From Verrucomicrobiota bacterium (lineage in GTDB: Bacteria; Verrucomicrobiota; Verrucomicrobiia; Opitutales; Coraliomargaritaceae): 64,000 nucleotides of DNA. Positions 38,663-47,855 of the stretch are shown here, piece by piece; the stretch's first letter is position 1; each line of letters opens with the position of its first letter. The stretch spans positions 160,001-224,000 of the forward strand of contig JBCBZJ010000001.1 in assembly GCA_039815375.1 (NCBI GenBank), in the 5' to 3' direction. Under the pieces are notes generated by a model. The model was not told where the DNA came from and ran no database searches. It saw nothing but the letters and a program-made list of their open reading frames with translations. The position numbers were made by a program, and so were the translations under genes.

Positions 38663-39930
38663 GGCCGACCCCGCCGTCGTCCCATCTGAATCGGCTGAGC
38701 GTTTTGGAGTCTCTCTAACTGCTTTTCGTCGAATTCTGAGCTATCGAGATAAGTCTGAAAAGCTTCGGGGTCTTCGGCTTTCCAATTGCCGGCGACGTGC
38801 TGCATCATGCGATTTCGCATGGAGTCGTTTTCAATCGATTCAGCCCATGTTATTGCGTTGGCAGGATCTTCCTGAGCAGCTTGGTAAGTATAGCTGATTA
38901 CTGCTCGGTCGAGTGCTGGTGAGGCAGGTTGCGTGTTTAACCATTCTGCCGAGGCTGCCATATCGTAGCGGGTCCACTCGCGTATAATTGCGCTGCTTGC
39001 CTGGCTCAGTGTGTTTTCCTCGAAATCGCTATTGTCCAACCATGCCGCGGCTGCTGCCGGGTCACTTTCAGCCCACTCGCTAAGAAGGTTGGTTTTCATC
39101 CGATCGGTAGCATTCTCTCCAAGGGATTCGACATAGGCAGCAGCACCTACCGGATCATGGCTTGCCCACTCATCAACAAGTTCATTGAGCAATGCACTTT
39201 TGATCGGACCCTCTTCCAGTAGCTCGACTTGGATTTTGGCCTCCAATAGGCCTCCACTGCTGATTTGCTCCTCAAGAATCTCTTCCAGCGCACGACTTTT
39301 AATCCGTTGCTCAAAGCTGGATTCATTTGGCAATTGAAGCGCGGCTGCAAACGCTGCTTGGGGATTGTTTTTAGCGTAACCTTCGTAGATGGCTACGAGC
39401 TGACTTCTTTGCGCGCGCAATGGTTCGCTGACAAGCGCGAGGCGCGCCCACTCCAATGTGGCCAAGGGATCGTTCTCGGCCCAGACCTCAAGAATACTAA
39501 TCCGTGCTTCTTCGGACTCTCTAAGCGATTCGATGCCAGCAGCCATCGCCAGAGCATCTTCTGGTGCGGTCTCCGCGAGCTGCACCAGAAGTTCGCGAAT
39601 GAATCGAGAACGACGAAAGTCAGTTTCCGGTAGCGCAAAAGCCTGTGCAAGTAAGTCTCGCGTTTGTTCTTCGGTGAGGCGATCAAACTCGCCGATGGCG
39701 TCTTCAAGGTTGAGTTTGCTGTCGTCGAAAAATGAGGTGGCCACTTCGAGCGGTGCTTCGCTTTCACTTTGGTCGGTGAAGTCTATCGAAGTCTGATTGG
39801 TGACAGATCTATCCGAACCCGGCGCTTCCACCGTAGAGCTTTCGCTCGTTACCTGAAGGCCCATATAGTAAGCAGTCGCGATACTTGCAGACCACACGGC
39901 GAGTCCGAGGAGAATCTTGGGAAGTTTCAT
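38659..39930 (-). CDS. Membrane-anchored alpha-helical repeat protein (W-x3-DP-x-AA-x2-W repeats)
   Basis: N-terminal TM; repeats WAENDPLATLEW, WASHDPVGAAAY, WAESDPAAAAAW, AAQEDPANAITW, WKAEDPEAF. Confidence 0.75.
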   Translation of the reverse strand: MKLPKILLGLAVWSASIATAYYMGLQVTSESSTVEAPGSDRSVTNQTSIDFTDQSESEAPLEVATSFFDDSKLNLEDAIGEFDRLTEEQTRDLLAQAFALPETDFRRSRFIRELLVQLAETAPEDALAMAAGIESLRESEEARISILEVWAENDPLATLEWARLALVSEPLRAQRSQLVAIYEGYAKNNPQAAFAAALQLPNESSFEQRIKSRALEEILEEQISSGGLLEAKIQVELLEEGPIKSALLNELVDEWASHDPVGAAAYVESLGENATDRMKTNLLSEWAESDPAAAAAWLDNSDFEENTLSQASSAIIREWTRYDMAASAEWLNTQPASPALDRAVISYTYQAAQEDPANAITWAESIENDSMRNRMMQHVAGNWKAEDPEAFQTYLDSSEFDEKQLERLQNAQPIQMGRRRGRP

Positions 39931-39972
39931 GACTGATGTAATAGTAAATTATGAAGTAAAAGTTTCGCAAGA

Positions 39973-42384
39973 TTAACCTGTTTTCCTGCTCAGCCCGAAC
40001 CATGCGATGGCGAGCTTGGCGATGCTACTCAGTGGCATGAGGATGGCTGCCAGGAGCGGATGCATCATTCCCGTTAGACAGAGGCTCACAGCAGCTAGAT
40101 TGTAAACTACTGCGGTCACGAAGATCGCAGTGACAGTGTGGTGCCTTCTTTGGGCAGTTCGGAAAAGTTCCGGTAGACAGCGGAGGCTGCGGCCAAAAAA
40201 GAAAAAATCGGCACTGGTCTCAAGAATGCTTTTGTCGACAACAGGAGTTCCGCGGCAGATCGCGGTATCGAAAGCAAGGCTATCGTTTGCGCCATCGCCA
40301 ATCATTAGGGCGCTGCGAGGTGCATGCTGTTCAATCCACCTTGCTTTGTCTTCAGGTGTGCAGGATGCTTGTGCCATTGATGCCTCCAGTTCGAGCTGCT
40401 CTGAAATTTTCCGGACCCGTTCCGGCACATCCCCACTGAGTATGGCTGTATCCAATTTTTGGTGACGTAGAAAATCGATACTTTGAAGTGCGTCATCGCG
40501 CACATCTTCCTGAAAATCGAACTCTGCTACGATGATTTGATTTTCACAGAGCACCGTTTGTGCGGAAGATCGGCTGCGGTTTTTCCAGCCAGCTTTGCCG
40601 AGAGTCCATTCATTTCCTCCCGGATCGGTGTAGTAGACGCCCTGGCCGATCTCTTCATTCACGGATCCGTCGGTTTTGTGTTCTCGGAGGTTAGCATGCT
40701 CGGTGAGCAGGACCTCGCGAATTGATTTCGCTAAAGGATGAGGGTTATTTTCGACGAGCAAATGAAGTGCTTGGGCAGCGATTGGATCGAGCTCGCGCAC
40801 CGCTTTCTGGTTTTTGAGACGTGGCACGTCCATGGTTAGCGTGCCTGTCTTGTCGAAGACGACAGTGCGAACTCTACGAAGTCTATCCCATATTTGGCTC
40901 GTTTTAACGAAGAGACCGACTCGGCGAAGGTGTGCGGTGGCAAACTCATCGCTCATGGGAAGGGCTACACCCAGTGCACAGGGGCAGGAAACAATGAGGA
41001 CGGAAATGAGGACTTGAATGGATTTTAGCGGATCTCCTGTGAGTGTGAGCCAAGTCATACCGCCGAGCAGCGCGATTGTCAGAACAGCTGCGATGTAATA
41101 CTTGAGCACAGTTTGGAGACGAAGCTCGTGGAAGCTGTCTTTGGGGCGTTCTAATAGCTGGGCGAGAAGGCTATCCGTCCAGTTTTCGCGAGCACGAAAA
41201 CGAAGGCTTTTCAGACCGACATTGATCGCACCGGCAGGAACTGGTCGCTGGCGCGGCCAGACGACAGGCTCGGCCTCGCCATTGATCCACTCCAAACTGA
41301 GCGTCCCTGTTGTCTCCAGTGAATTGGCGGCAACCGGGTTGATTTCGCCCGGGCCAACGCTGTATTCCAGTCCTTCATACACTTCTTCAGGTGTAATCGA
41401 CTGACCATCCTGCGCGCCACCAAGTACAGTGACCTCACGTGGTCCAGTCTGCTGACGTTGAAGATAGCTTCGATTTTTTTCCAGTGCGACCTCCTGCAGC
41501 CAACGGCCGACAAGCATCAAAAAGACGAAGGTTGCGACAAAGTCGAAGTAGATCAGGTTGGTGTAGCCCGTTGCCCAGCCGACAAGGGAGCCCAAATAGG
41601 CAACGATCAATCCGCTGGCGATTGGCAGATCAATATGGAGAACCTTGTTGCGCGCAGCTTGCCAGGCGCGATGGATGAAGTAGCTGCCACCGACTCCAAG
41701 GCTGAGTGTGGCGAACAGTGCCCCGAGGAGTTGAAAGAGTGGTGCCAAAAAAAAGCCGCCGCCCATGCCGAGGTAGCCCGGTAAAGTGAAGAGCATGGTG
41801 TTAAGGAGAAAGAAGCCGCAAAGGCCGATCCGGTAGGTGATCTGCCTTGATTCGCGGGGCCGGCTATCATCCTTCTGAAAAACCATCAGCCTGTAGCCGA
41901 TTCGTTGGAGCGCTCGCGCGAATTCCGGAAGATCGAAATGCCCGCGTTGCCATGCGAGCTCGACGGTTCCAGTGCGTGCGTCGATTCGTGCTGCGGCGGA
42001 GCCGTCCTGGCGTTTGAAGATAGCTTCGATCAGCCAGACACAGCCGATACAGCTAATCCCCTCCACACTGAATTTGGCTATCACCACAGGTTGTTCTGTA
42101 GCGTATTCCGTTTCTCTTAGGACAGCTTCGAGAGCCTCTGTTGCGACCGCGCGGAAAGCTTTTGAGCCGACCGGGGGAACAGTTGTGCTGCCCTTCAGAT
42201 CATAAAAACGAGTGAATTTATTATCCTCCAGAAACTCGGACACATAGTGGCAACCATGGCAGCAATAGACCTCGTCCTCCCGTGGAGTGAAGGGCGTGCC
42301 GCAATGAGCGCAAAGTGTTTCGTTCGAACACGGAACACCGAACATCCGACTTCCCGAGCTGTGTTTTTCTTTCGAATTATTCAA
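39973..42384 (-). CDS. ccoI: Heavy-metal (Cu) P1B-type ATPase, CcoI/FixI
   Basis: CAHC, YCCHGC, CIGC, CPC, DKTGT, HP, GDGAND; last gene of the cco operon. Confidence 0.9.
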   Translation of the reverse strand: MNNSKEKHSSGSRMFGVPCSNETLCAHCGTPFTPREDEVYCCHGCHYVSEFLEDNKFTRFYDLKGSTTVPPVGSKAFRAVATEALEAVLRETEYATEQPVVIAKFSVEGISCIGCVWLIEAIFKRQDGSAAARIDARTGTVELAWQRGHFDLPEFARALQRIGYRLMVFQKDDSRPRESRQITYRIGLCGFFLLNTMLFTLPGYLGMGGGFFLAPLFQLLGALFATLSLGVGGSYFIHRAWQAARNKVLHIDLPIASGLIVAYLGSLVGWATGYTNLIYFDFVATFVFLMLVGRWLQEVALEKNRSYLQRQQTGPREVTVLGGAQDGQSITPEEVYEGLEYSVGPGEINPVAANSLETTGTLSLEWINGEAEPVVWPRQRPVPAGAINVGLKSLRFRARENWTDSLLAQLLERPKDSFHELRLQTVLKYYIAAVLTIALLGGMTWLTLTGDPLKSIQVLISVLIVSCPCALGVALPMSDEFATAHLRRVGLFVKTSQIWDRLRRVRTVVFDKTGTLTMDVPRLKNQKAVRELDPIAAQALHLLVENNPHPLAKSIREVLLTEHANLREHKTDGSVNEEIGQGVYYTDPGGNEWTLGKAGWKNRSRSSAQTVLCENQIIVAEFDFQEDVRDDALQSIDFLRHQKLDTAILSGDVPERVRKISEQLELEASMAQASCTPEDKARWIEQHAPRSALMIGDGANDSLAFDTAICRGTPVVDKSILETSADFFFFGRSLRCLPELFRTAQRRHHTVTAIFVTAVVYNLAAVSLCLTGMMHPLLAAILMPLSSIAKLAIAWFGLSRKTG

Positions 42385-42410
42385 GGTTCGATGTTGGACA
42401 TTGGATGTTC
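42326..42410. repeat. Inverted pair of degenerate heptamer arrays within coding ends
   Basis: GAACACG GAACACC GAACATC CGACTTC (42326-42353) versus GATGTTG GACATTG GATGTTC (42390-42410). Confidence 0.5.
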
Positions 42411-42574
42411 TCCAGTTCTACTCGTTCGACTGGATTTTCCCGGGCAATATGGATCAGCTTTGACCAAGCACTAACTAAAATAAGGAACATGATCACGACT
42501 GCAATCCAAAGTGTCCAGGCCCCGCGTCGGCTTGCCTTACCTGTCGTTGGTTTTTCCGGGGCCATATTTTTCAA
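42377..42574 (-). CDS. Small membrane protein, CcoH/FixH-like position
   Basis: 65 aa, single TM (WIAVVIMFLILVSAW), overlaps ccoG and ccoI. Confidence 0.65.
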   Translation of the reverse strand: MKNMAPEKPTTGKASRRGAWTLWIAVVIMFLILVSAWSKLIHIARENPVERVELENIQCPTSNLE

Positions 42575-43958
42575 GTAGTTGCGGATTCGGGCCGAGAAAT
42601 TCGGCTTCCTTGCTCATGATGGTGTTGCCTGCCGGGCTGATCAAGCTGAGTTCAAGCGTGAAAGATCCTACGTAGGCTGAACGATTGACAGTAATGACGA
42701 CAGGTCGAACTTCTTCACCCATAGGTGGAACGGTGATGCCGGATTCGTTGCCGCTCATGACATACCCATCAAAAGGTGAGTTGCTGGAAATCCGGTAGGT
42801 CTTGGTTTGGTTTGTTTTGTTGATGACTCGAACCATATACTGGTTTCGCACGGCGCCTTCGGTGATGAAGTAAGGCGCACCGGACATGCGAACGATATTC
42901 ATATTTGCGCGGCGTAGCTGCATGGCAGAGAGCGTGAAGGCTGTTGCACCCAGAAGCATAAGTGCAGCGTAGATGAAGATCCGTGGCCGAACGATGCGAC
43001 GGGTATTTCCGAAAAGGCCATTCTGCGAGTCATAGCGAACCAGGCCTTTTGGCCGTCCGATTTTCTCCATGATGGCATCGCAGGCGTCGATACAGTTGGC
43101 ACATCCGATACATTCGATCTGTAGGCCTTGCCGAATATCGATACCGGTGGGGCAAACCTGAACACAGCGGTAACAGTTAATGCAGTCGCCGAAACCTTCC
43201 TTTTTTACCGGGCCACGTGGCTCACCTCGGCCTTCGTCGTAGCCGATCACGATCGAGTCGTCATCAATCAGGGCGGACTGAAGGCGACCGTAGGGACAGA
43301 TGACAAGGCAGAGTTGCTCGCGAAACCACGCAAAGTTTAGAAAAATAATCCCTGTAGCCAAGGCCATGAAAACGAAGGCGCCCCAATGTTCTGTCGGGCT
43401 TTGCCTTATCCATTGGTAGAGCTCGGGTATGGAAATGAAGTAGGCGAGAAACATGTGGGTGATGACCGCGGAGATGACAAAGAAGATTAGTCCTTTTATA
43501 CTGCGTTTGATAATCTTTTCGTTGTTCCACTCCTGCGCATCCAGTTTCTTGCGTGCGTTGGCATCACCTTCGATCCAGCGCTCGATGCGCCGGTAGACGT
43601 TCTCAAGGAAGACAGTTTGCGGGCAGGCCCAGCCACACCAGATTCGACCAAACAATGAGGTTACAAAGAAGAGTGAAAAGCCTAGGCCCGTTATTAAGAA
43701 AAAGGCCATCCATAGGTCCTGAGCAGCAAAGCTTAACCCAAAGAGATGGAAGCGGCGGTTCAAGACATCGAAGAAAACGGCAGGATGTCCATTGATCGGA
43801 ACCCAGGGAAGTATTAGATAAATGCCAATGAGCAACAACGCGAAAAGCCTGCGACCTTTTGTGAAGACTCCATTCACATCTGCAGGGTGCAGGAAAAAAC
43901 GTGAACCATCCTGATTGATGGTCGTCGGCGTTTCCCTGCTTGGGCGCTGCTTTTTCAT
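42537..43958 (-). CDS. ccoG: Cytochrome c oxidase accessory protein CcoG
   Basis: GRIWCGWACPQT, CPYGRLQ, two 4Fe-4S motifs (CINCYRCVQVCP; CIGCANCIDAC). Confidence 0.96.
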   Translation of the reverse strand: MKKQRPSRETPTTINQDGSRFFLHPADVNGVFTKGRRLFALLLIGIYLILPWVPINGHPAVFFDVLNRRFHLFGLSFAAQDLWMAFFLITGLGFSLFFVTSLFGRIWCGWACPQTVFLENVYRRIERWIEGDANARKKLDAQEWNNEKIIKRSIKGLIFFVISAVITHMFLAYFISIPELYQWIRQSPTEHWGAFVFMALATGIIFLNFAWFREQLCLVICPYGRLQSALIDDDSIVIGYDEGRGEPRGPVKKEGFGDCINCYRCVQVCPTGIDIRQGLQIECIGCANCIDACDAIMEKIGRPKGLVRYDSQNGLFGNTRRIVRPRIFIYAALMLLGATAFTLSAMQLRRANMNIVRMSGAPYFITEGAVRNQYMVRVINKTNQTKTYRISSNSPFDGYVMSGNESGITVPPMGEEVRPVVITVNRSAYVGSFTLELSLISPAGNTIMSKEAEFLGPNPQLLEKYGPGKTNDR

Positions 43959-44019
43959 TTATCGCTGCTTTCGAAACAAAAATTCTGGTCGAAGTCGTCC
44001 ATTTCGAAATCGATTTTGA

Positions 44020-44589
44020 TTATTTTCGAAGGTTGGGATTCTTGCTTAGGACATAGGCAACAACTTCGACGATACGCTTTTGACCGAGTAATGGTTCCCA
44101 CGGCTGCATGCCTTTTTCGGGGAATCCGTTTGCTATGCTTACATAGACTTCCGAAGGCGTTGCGCCATGGATCCAATCTTCGTCAATAAGGTTAAAGCCA
44201 ATTCCACCTTGAAGTTCAGCACCGTGGCAAGCCACGCAATTTGCTTCATAGGTTGCCTTGCCTGCACTTACGAATATAGGGTTGTCAGCCATCTCCCAGA
44301 AGAGCGCGCTGTTCGTCACGTCGATCGAACTTGCCAGTCTCTTAGTGGTAAGGGCTTCGAGCTTCTTCTCGAGAATTGGATCGATGCCGCCGATGAAGCG
44401 GCGATCATCGATGACGAGCCAGTAAACGATGGAGAAGCCAATCACGCTAAAGAGAATTATCAGCCACCACATGGGCAGGCGCTGGTCATATTCCTGAATC
44501 CCGTCAACGACATGGTCACGCAGGATGACGCCTTCGGGCAGGTCTTCCTGCTTTACTGCGCGGTTTTGTTTTCCGTTCTGCCCATTCAT
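44020..44589 (-). CDS. ccoP: cbb3 oxidase subunit III (monoheme CcoP)
   Basis: HVVDGIQEYDQRLPMWW, TM, single CVACH, GMQPW. Confidence 0.92.
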   Translation of the reverse strand: MNGQNGKQNRAVKQEDLPEGVILRDHVVDGIQEYDQRLPMWWLIILFSVIGFSIVYWLVIDDRRFIGGIDPILEKKLEALTTKRLASSIDVTNSALFWEMADNPIFVSAGKATYEANCVACHGAELQGGIGFNLIDEDWIHGATPSEVYVSIANGFPEKGMQPWEPLLGQKRIVEVVAYVLSKNPNLRK

Positions 44590-44774
44590 TTGTCAGCCCC
44601 CGCTAAGTTTTGATGCTCATCGTCTCGAAGCGGCATTTGTCCGAGATGTTCGACAGTCTTGGGTCGCAAGAGGTAGGCGCGTAGAGTGATCGCCAGGAAA
44701 ACGCTGAAGGTGAACCAGAATGAGATCAGCGGGACGATCGTCGTCCATTCGTCGTAGATGATACGTTTAAACAT
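44586..44774 (-). CDS. ccoQ: cbb3 oxidase small subunit CcoQ
   Basis: 62 aa, one TM, MPL-x-D motif, between ccoNO and ccoP. Confidence 0.8.
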   Translation of the reverse strand: MFKRIIYDEWTTIVPLISFWFTFSVFLAITLRAYLLRPKTVEHLGQMPLRDDEHQNLAGADK

Positions 44775-44799
44775 TTAAAGAGAGGTTAGGATTTAAACG

Positions 44800-47115
44800 C
44801 TAGAAATGGGATGCTAGGTCGTCGTCGGAAGTCTCGCGGTAAGCACCGAGCTTTTGAAGGTAGGCGATGAGGGCGACGATCTCTTTATTCGGCTCCGTAA
44901 AGGCACCTTTTTCAGCGAGACGCATGACAATGCCCTCGGCCTGTTCGTCGATTTGCGCCTCGATCTCTTCCTCGGAAAGGTCGAGTGGATAAGGCACGCC
45001 GAGCATACGCATGGCGTTAATCTTTGCTGGCAAATGACTGACCTTGGTCTCTTTTTTAAAGAGCCAGGGATAGTTCGGCATATTTGATCCAGGCGAGACG
45101 CTGCGTGGGTCAAGCATGTGGTAATAGTGCCAGTCGTCCGAGCGCTTGCCGCCTTCTCGAGCGAGGTCTGGGCCAGTCCGCTTCGAGCCCCATTGGTAGG
45201 GGAAATCATAAACGAACTCGCCGAGATGTGAGTAGTCGCCGTAGCGCATCACCTCAGGTACCAGCGTGCGAATCATCTGCGAATGGCAATTGTAGCAGCC
45301 TTCGGCGACATAGATATCACGTCCGGCAAGTTCGAGTGGTGTATAGGGAATTTGGATACGTCCTTCGATGTTGTCTGCGCGCTGGACAGTGACTGTAGGA
45401 ATGATCTGGATAGCTCCGCCGATTGCGGCAGCGACAATCGTAAGGACGGAAAATGCAAAAGAGTGATTGAGTAGATGGTCATACCAATCGCTCCATTGCT
45501 TCTTTCGGCCTTCAAAGTGTGCCAGGGCTGCGACGATCAGGAAAATCGTCATAATTATGCCGAGTAGAAAAAATACTCCTTCGCCAAAGATGGTCAGGCA
45601 AATGAAGAAGACGATCAGCGCCGAATAGATAGCAGGAGCGCCGATGAAGATAAAGATGCCGAGGCTTTCTTCCTTCACAGGCTCGGCGTTCTTGACCACT
45701 TCGACGGTGCCATTAACAGCTTGTCCACTCTTGGCGGTGCGGAAGATGTTATAAACCATTAAGCAGAAGCCGAAGAGGTAGAGTCCACCGCCGATGGCAC
45801 GGAAGAGCATGACCGGGCGGATGGCTTGAAGCGTGTCGAGGAAGTTTGGATACTGGAGTAGGGTGCCTTCTTCGGTAGTGGCATTGAGCATGAGGCCTTG
45901 TGTGATTCCGGAGACCCACATGGAGGCGACGTAGAGAAGAATGCCTACCATCCCGAGCCAGAAGTGGGCGTTGGCCATCGCTACGGAGTGAAGCTTCGTA
46001 TTCCAGAGTCGCGGCGCAAGCCAGTAGAACATACCGGCGGCGAGGAAACCGTTCCAGCCAAGCGTACCGCTGTGCACGTGACCTACTGTCCAGTCGGTAT
46101 AGTGGGAAAGCGCATTGACAGCTTTGATCGAAAGTAGCGGTCCTTCGAACGTGGCCATCCCGTAGAAAGTGACGGCTGCGGCGAAGAATTTGACCACTGG
46201 ATCGGTCAGGAGCATGTCCCAGGCACCGCGTAGGGTAAGCAGGCCGTTAAGCATGCCGGCCCAGGACGGTGCCCAAAGCATGAGGCTAAAGATCATGCCG
46301 AGAGTTTGCAGCCATTCCGGCAGCGATGTATTGAGCAGATGGTGTGGCCCCGCCCAGATGTAGATGAAAACGAGGGACCAGAAATGGATGATGGAGAGCC
46401 GATAGGAATAGACGGGCCGATTCACGCATTTCGGCACGAAGTAATACATGATGCCTAGCATCGGGGTGGTTAGGAAGAAGGCTACTGCGTTGTGCCCATA
46501 CCACCACTGGACGAGGGCGTCCTGGACGCCGCCGAAGACAGGATAACTATGGGTAAAGCTAGTTGGCAGCGAGAGGTGATTGACCACGTAGAGCATCGTG
46601 ATCGTAACGATGGTCGCGATGTAGAACCAGATGCCGACGTAGATGGATTTCTCGTTCCTTCTTCCTAAGGTCCAAAAGACATTGGCCGCAAAAACCAACC
46701 AGATCACTGCAACGAGGATGTTAATTGGCCAGATAAGCTCGGCGTATTCCTTCCCCCGACTATAGCCGAGTGGAAGGGTGATCGCAGCACAAACGATGAT
46801 GAACTGCCAGCCCCAGAAATTCAGTTTGCTGAGAAGGTCGGAGGCCATCCGCACCCGACAAAGGCGCTGCAACGAATAGTAGATACCCGCAAACATCATA
46901 TTGCCTACGAAGGCGAATATAGCGGCGTTTGTATGCAATGGGCGGAGTCGCCCGAAGGTGAGCCACTCAAGATTGAAATTAGCTTGCCAGTAGTTGAGTT
47001 GCGTTGCGATCAGGACGCCTGCTCCCATTCCAACCACGCCCCAAAAAATGGAGGCGATCATGAATTTCCGAACAGTGCTATCGTCGTATTCGATCGTCTG
47101 GGTTATCGTATTCAT
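44800..47115 (-). CDS. ccoN: cbb3 cytochrome c oxidase fused subunits I/II (CcoNO)
   Basis: GRLRPLHT, WWYGHN, GPHH, GHVH; C-terminal EGCYNCHSQMIR, WGSKRTGPDL. Confidence 0.97.
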   Translation of the reverse strand: MNTITQTIEYDDSTVRKFMIASIFWGVVGMGAGVLIATQLNYWQANFNLEWLTFGRLRPLHTNAAIFAFVGNMMFAGIYYSLQRLCRVRMASDLLSKLNFWGWQFIIVCAAITLPLGYSRGKEYAELIWPINILVAVIWLVFAANVFWTLGRRNEKSIYVGIWFYIATIVTITMLYVVNHLSLPTSFTHSYPVFGGVQDALVQWWYGHNAVAFFLTTPMLGIMYYFVPKCVNRPVYSYRLSIIHFWSLVFIYIWAGPHHLLNTSLPEWLQTLGMIFSLMLWAPSWAGMLNGLLTLRGAWDMLLTDPVVKFFAAAVTFYGMATFEGPLLSIKAVNALSHYTDWTVGHVHSGTLGWNGFLAAGMFYWLAPRLWNTKLHSVAMANAHFWLGMVGILLYVASMWVSGITQGLMLNATTEEGTLLQYPNFLDTLQAIRPVMLFRAIGGGLYLFGFCLMVYNIFRTAKSGQAVNGTVEVVKNAEPVKEESLGIFIFIGAPAIYSALIVFFICLTIFGEGVFFLLGIIMTIFLIVAALAHFEGRKKQWSDWYDHLLNHSFAFSVLTIVAAAIGGAIQIIPTVTVQRADNIEGRIQIPYTPLELAGRDIYVAEGCYNCHSQMIRTLVPEVMRYGDYSHLGEFVYDFPYQWGSKRTGPDLAREGGKRSDDWHYYHMLDPRSVSPGSNMPNYPWLFKKETKVSHLPAKINAMRMLGVPYPLDLSEEEIEAQIDEQAEGIVMRLAEKGAFTEPNKEIVALIAYLQKLGAYRETSDDDLASHF

Positions 47116-47273
47116 TGATCAGAAGCAGCTTTTGGGGTCTCCGTATCAAAGGGGCGCAGTGCATCTTGCTCGGAACTGCAAATGCCCTGGGTCCGGCGCT
47201 CACGAACGAAAAAGAGCAGAAAGAGCAAAGCTAGCAGGAGGCTTAAAAAGACGGTGAGAATTAGAACGTTCAT
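47112..47273 (-). CDS. ccoS: cbb3 maturation protein CcoS-like (53 aa, below the ORF-track cutoff)
   Basis: Manual translation MNVLILTVFLSLLLALLFLLFFVRERRTQGICSSEQDALRPFD...; stop overlaps the ccoN start (ATGA). Confidence 0.75.
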   Translation of the reverse strand: MNVLILTVFLSLLLALLFLLFFVRERRTQGICSSEQDALRPFDTETPKAASDQ

Positions 47274-47282
47274 TCGTGTTGG

Positions 47283-47765
47283 TTATTCATTTGCTGAAAA
47301 TGGGCAGTCTTTTCGGAAAATTCGGCTCATGCAGAGGTCGATTTCTTTGTCGAAGAAACCGGAGAGCGCGTGGTTGATTAGGTCTTCGCAGCATTCGCGG
47401 TCGAGCTGGTTGAACTCATGGCCGGTATCCCAGTTGTCGGCGAATACACTCATGAAGGCGACGAGTCCGGAATCGTGGAGCTCCATACAAACGCGCCCGC
47501 CAAAGCGACGTTGCTTGCAGTCGCAGGTCAGGCCAAGAACGTCATTCAGGTGTGTAAACTCAGGAAGCTCCTTCACCGTATTGCCGGACTCGATGCATTG
47601 AACAACATGTTCAAAAGCTCCGATGAAAAAGCTATAGGGCATCACGCCACCTTCCTCCCGGGTTGATGAATCGCTTTGTGCAGGAGGAATCTCGGCCTCG
47701 ATCAACCAGTTCTCAATGATATGATCCCGATTGTCCTGCAGGTATCTGACCAAGCGCGTATGCAT
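47283..47765 (-). CDS. Cys-rich hypothetical protein, RsbRD_N-like N-terminus, first gene of the cco operon
   Basis: LVRYLQDNRDHIIENW; CDC-x8-C, CC, C...CPF. Confidence 0.65.
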   Translation of the reverse strand: MHTRLVRYLQDNRDHIIENWLIEAEIPPAQSDSSTREEGGVMPYSFFIGAFEHVVQCIESGNTVKELPEFTHLNDVLGLTCDCKQRRFGGRVCMELHDSGLVAFMSVFADNWDTGHEFNQLDRECCEDLINHALSGFFDKEIDLCMSRIFRKDCPFSANE

Positions 47766-47802
47766 GGCTTGATTATTACAGAAGCCCACATAATCTGTCT
47801 CA

Positions 47803-47838
47803 GCACATTGCGCTTAATGCTGCGCATATTTTGCATAA
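47803..47838. promoter_or_regulatory. Candidate AraC-type tandem half-sites
   Basis: GCACATTGCGCTTAA (47803) and GCATATTTTGCATAA (47824): direct repeats at a 21-bp period in the divergent promoter. Confidence 0.45.
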
Positions 47839-47855
47839 AACCGATCTTTTGAACT

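Noticed and set aside
47766..47855. FNR box for the cco operon
   Set aside because: Only one TTGAT half-site is present, with no ATCAA partner at the right spacing.
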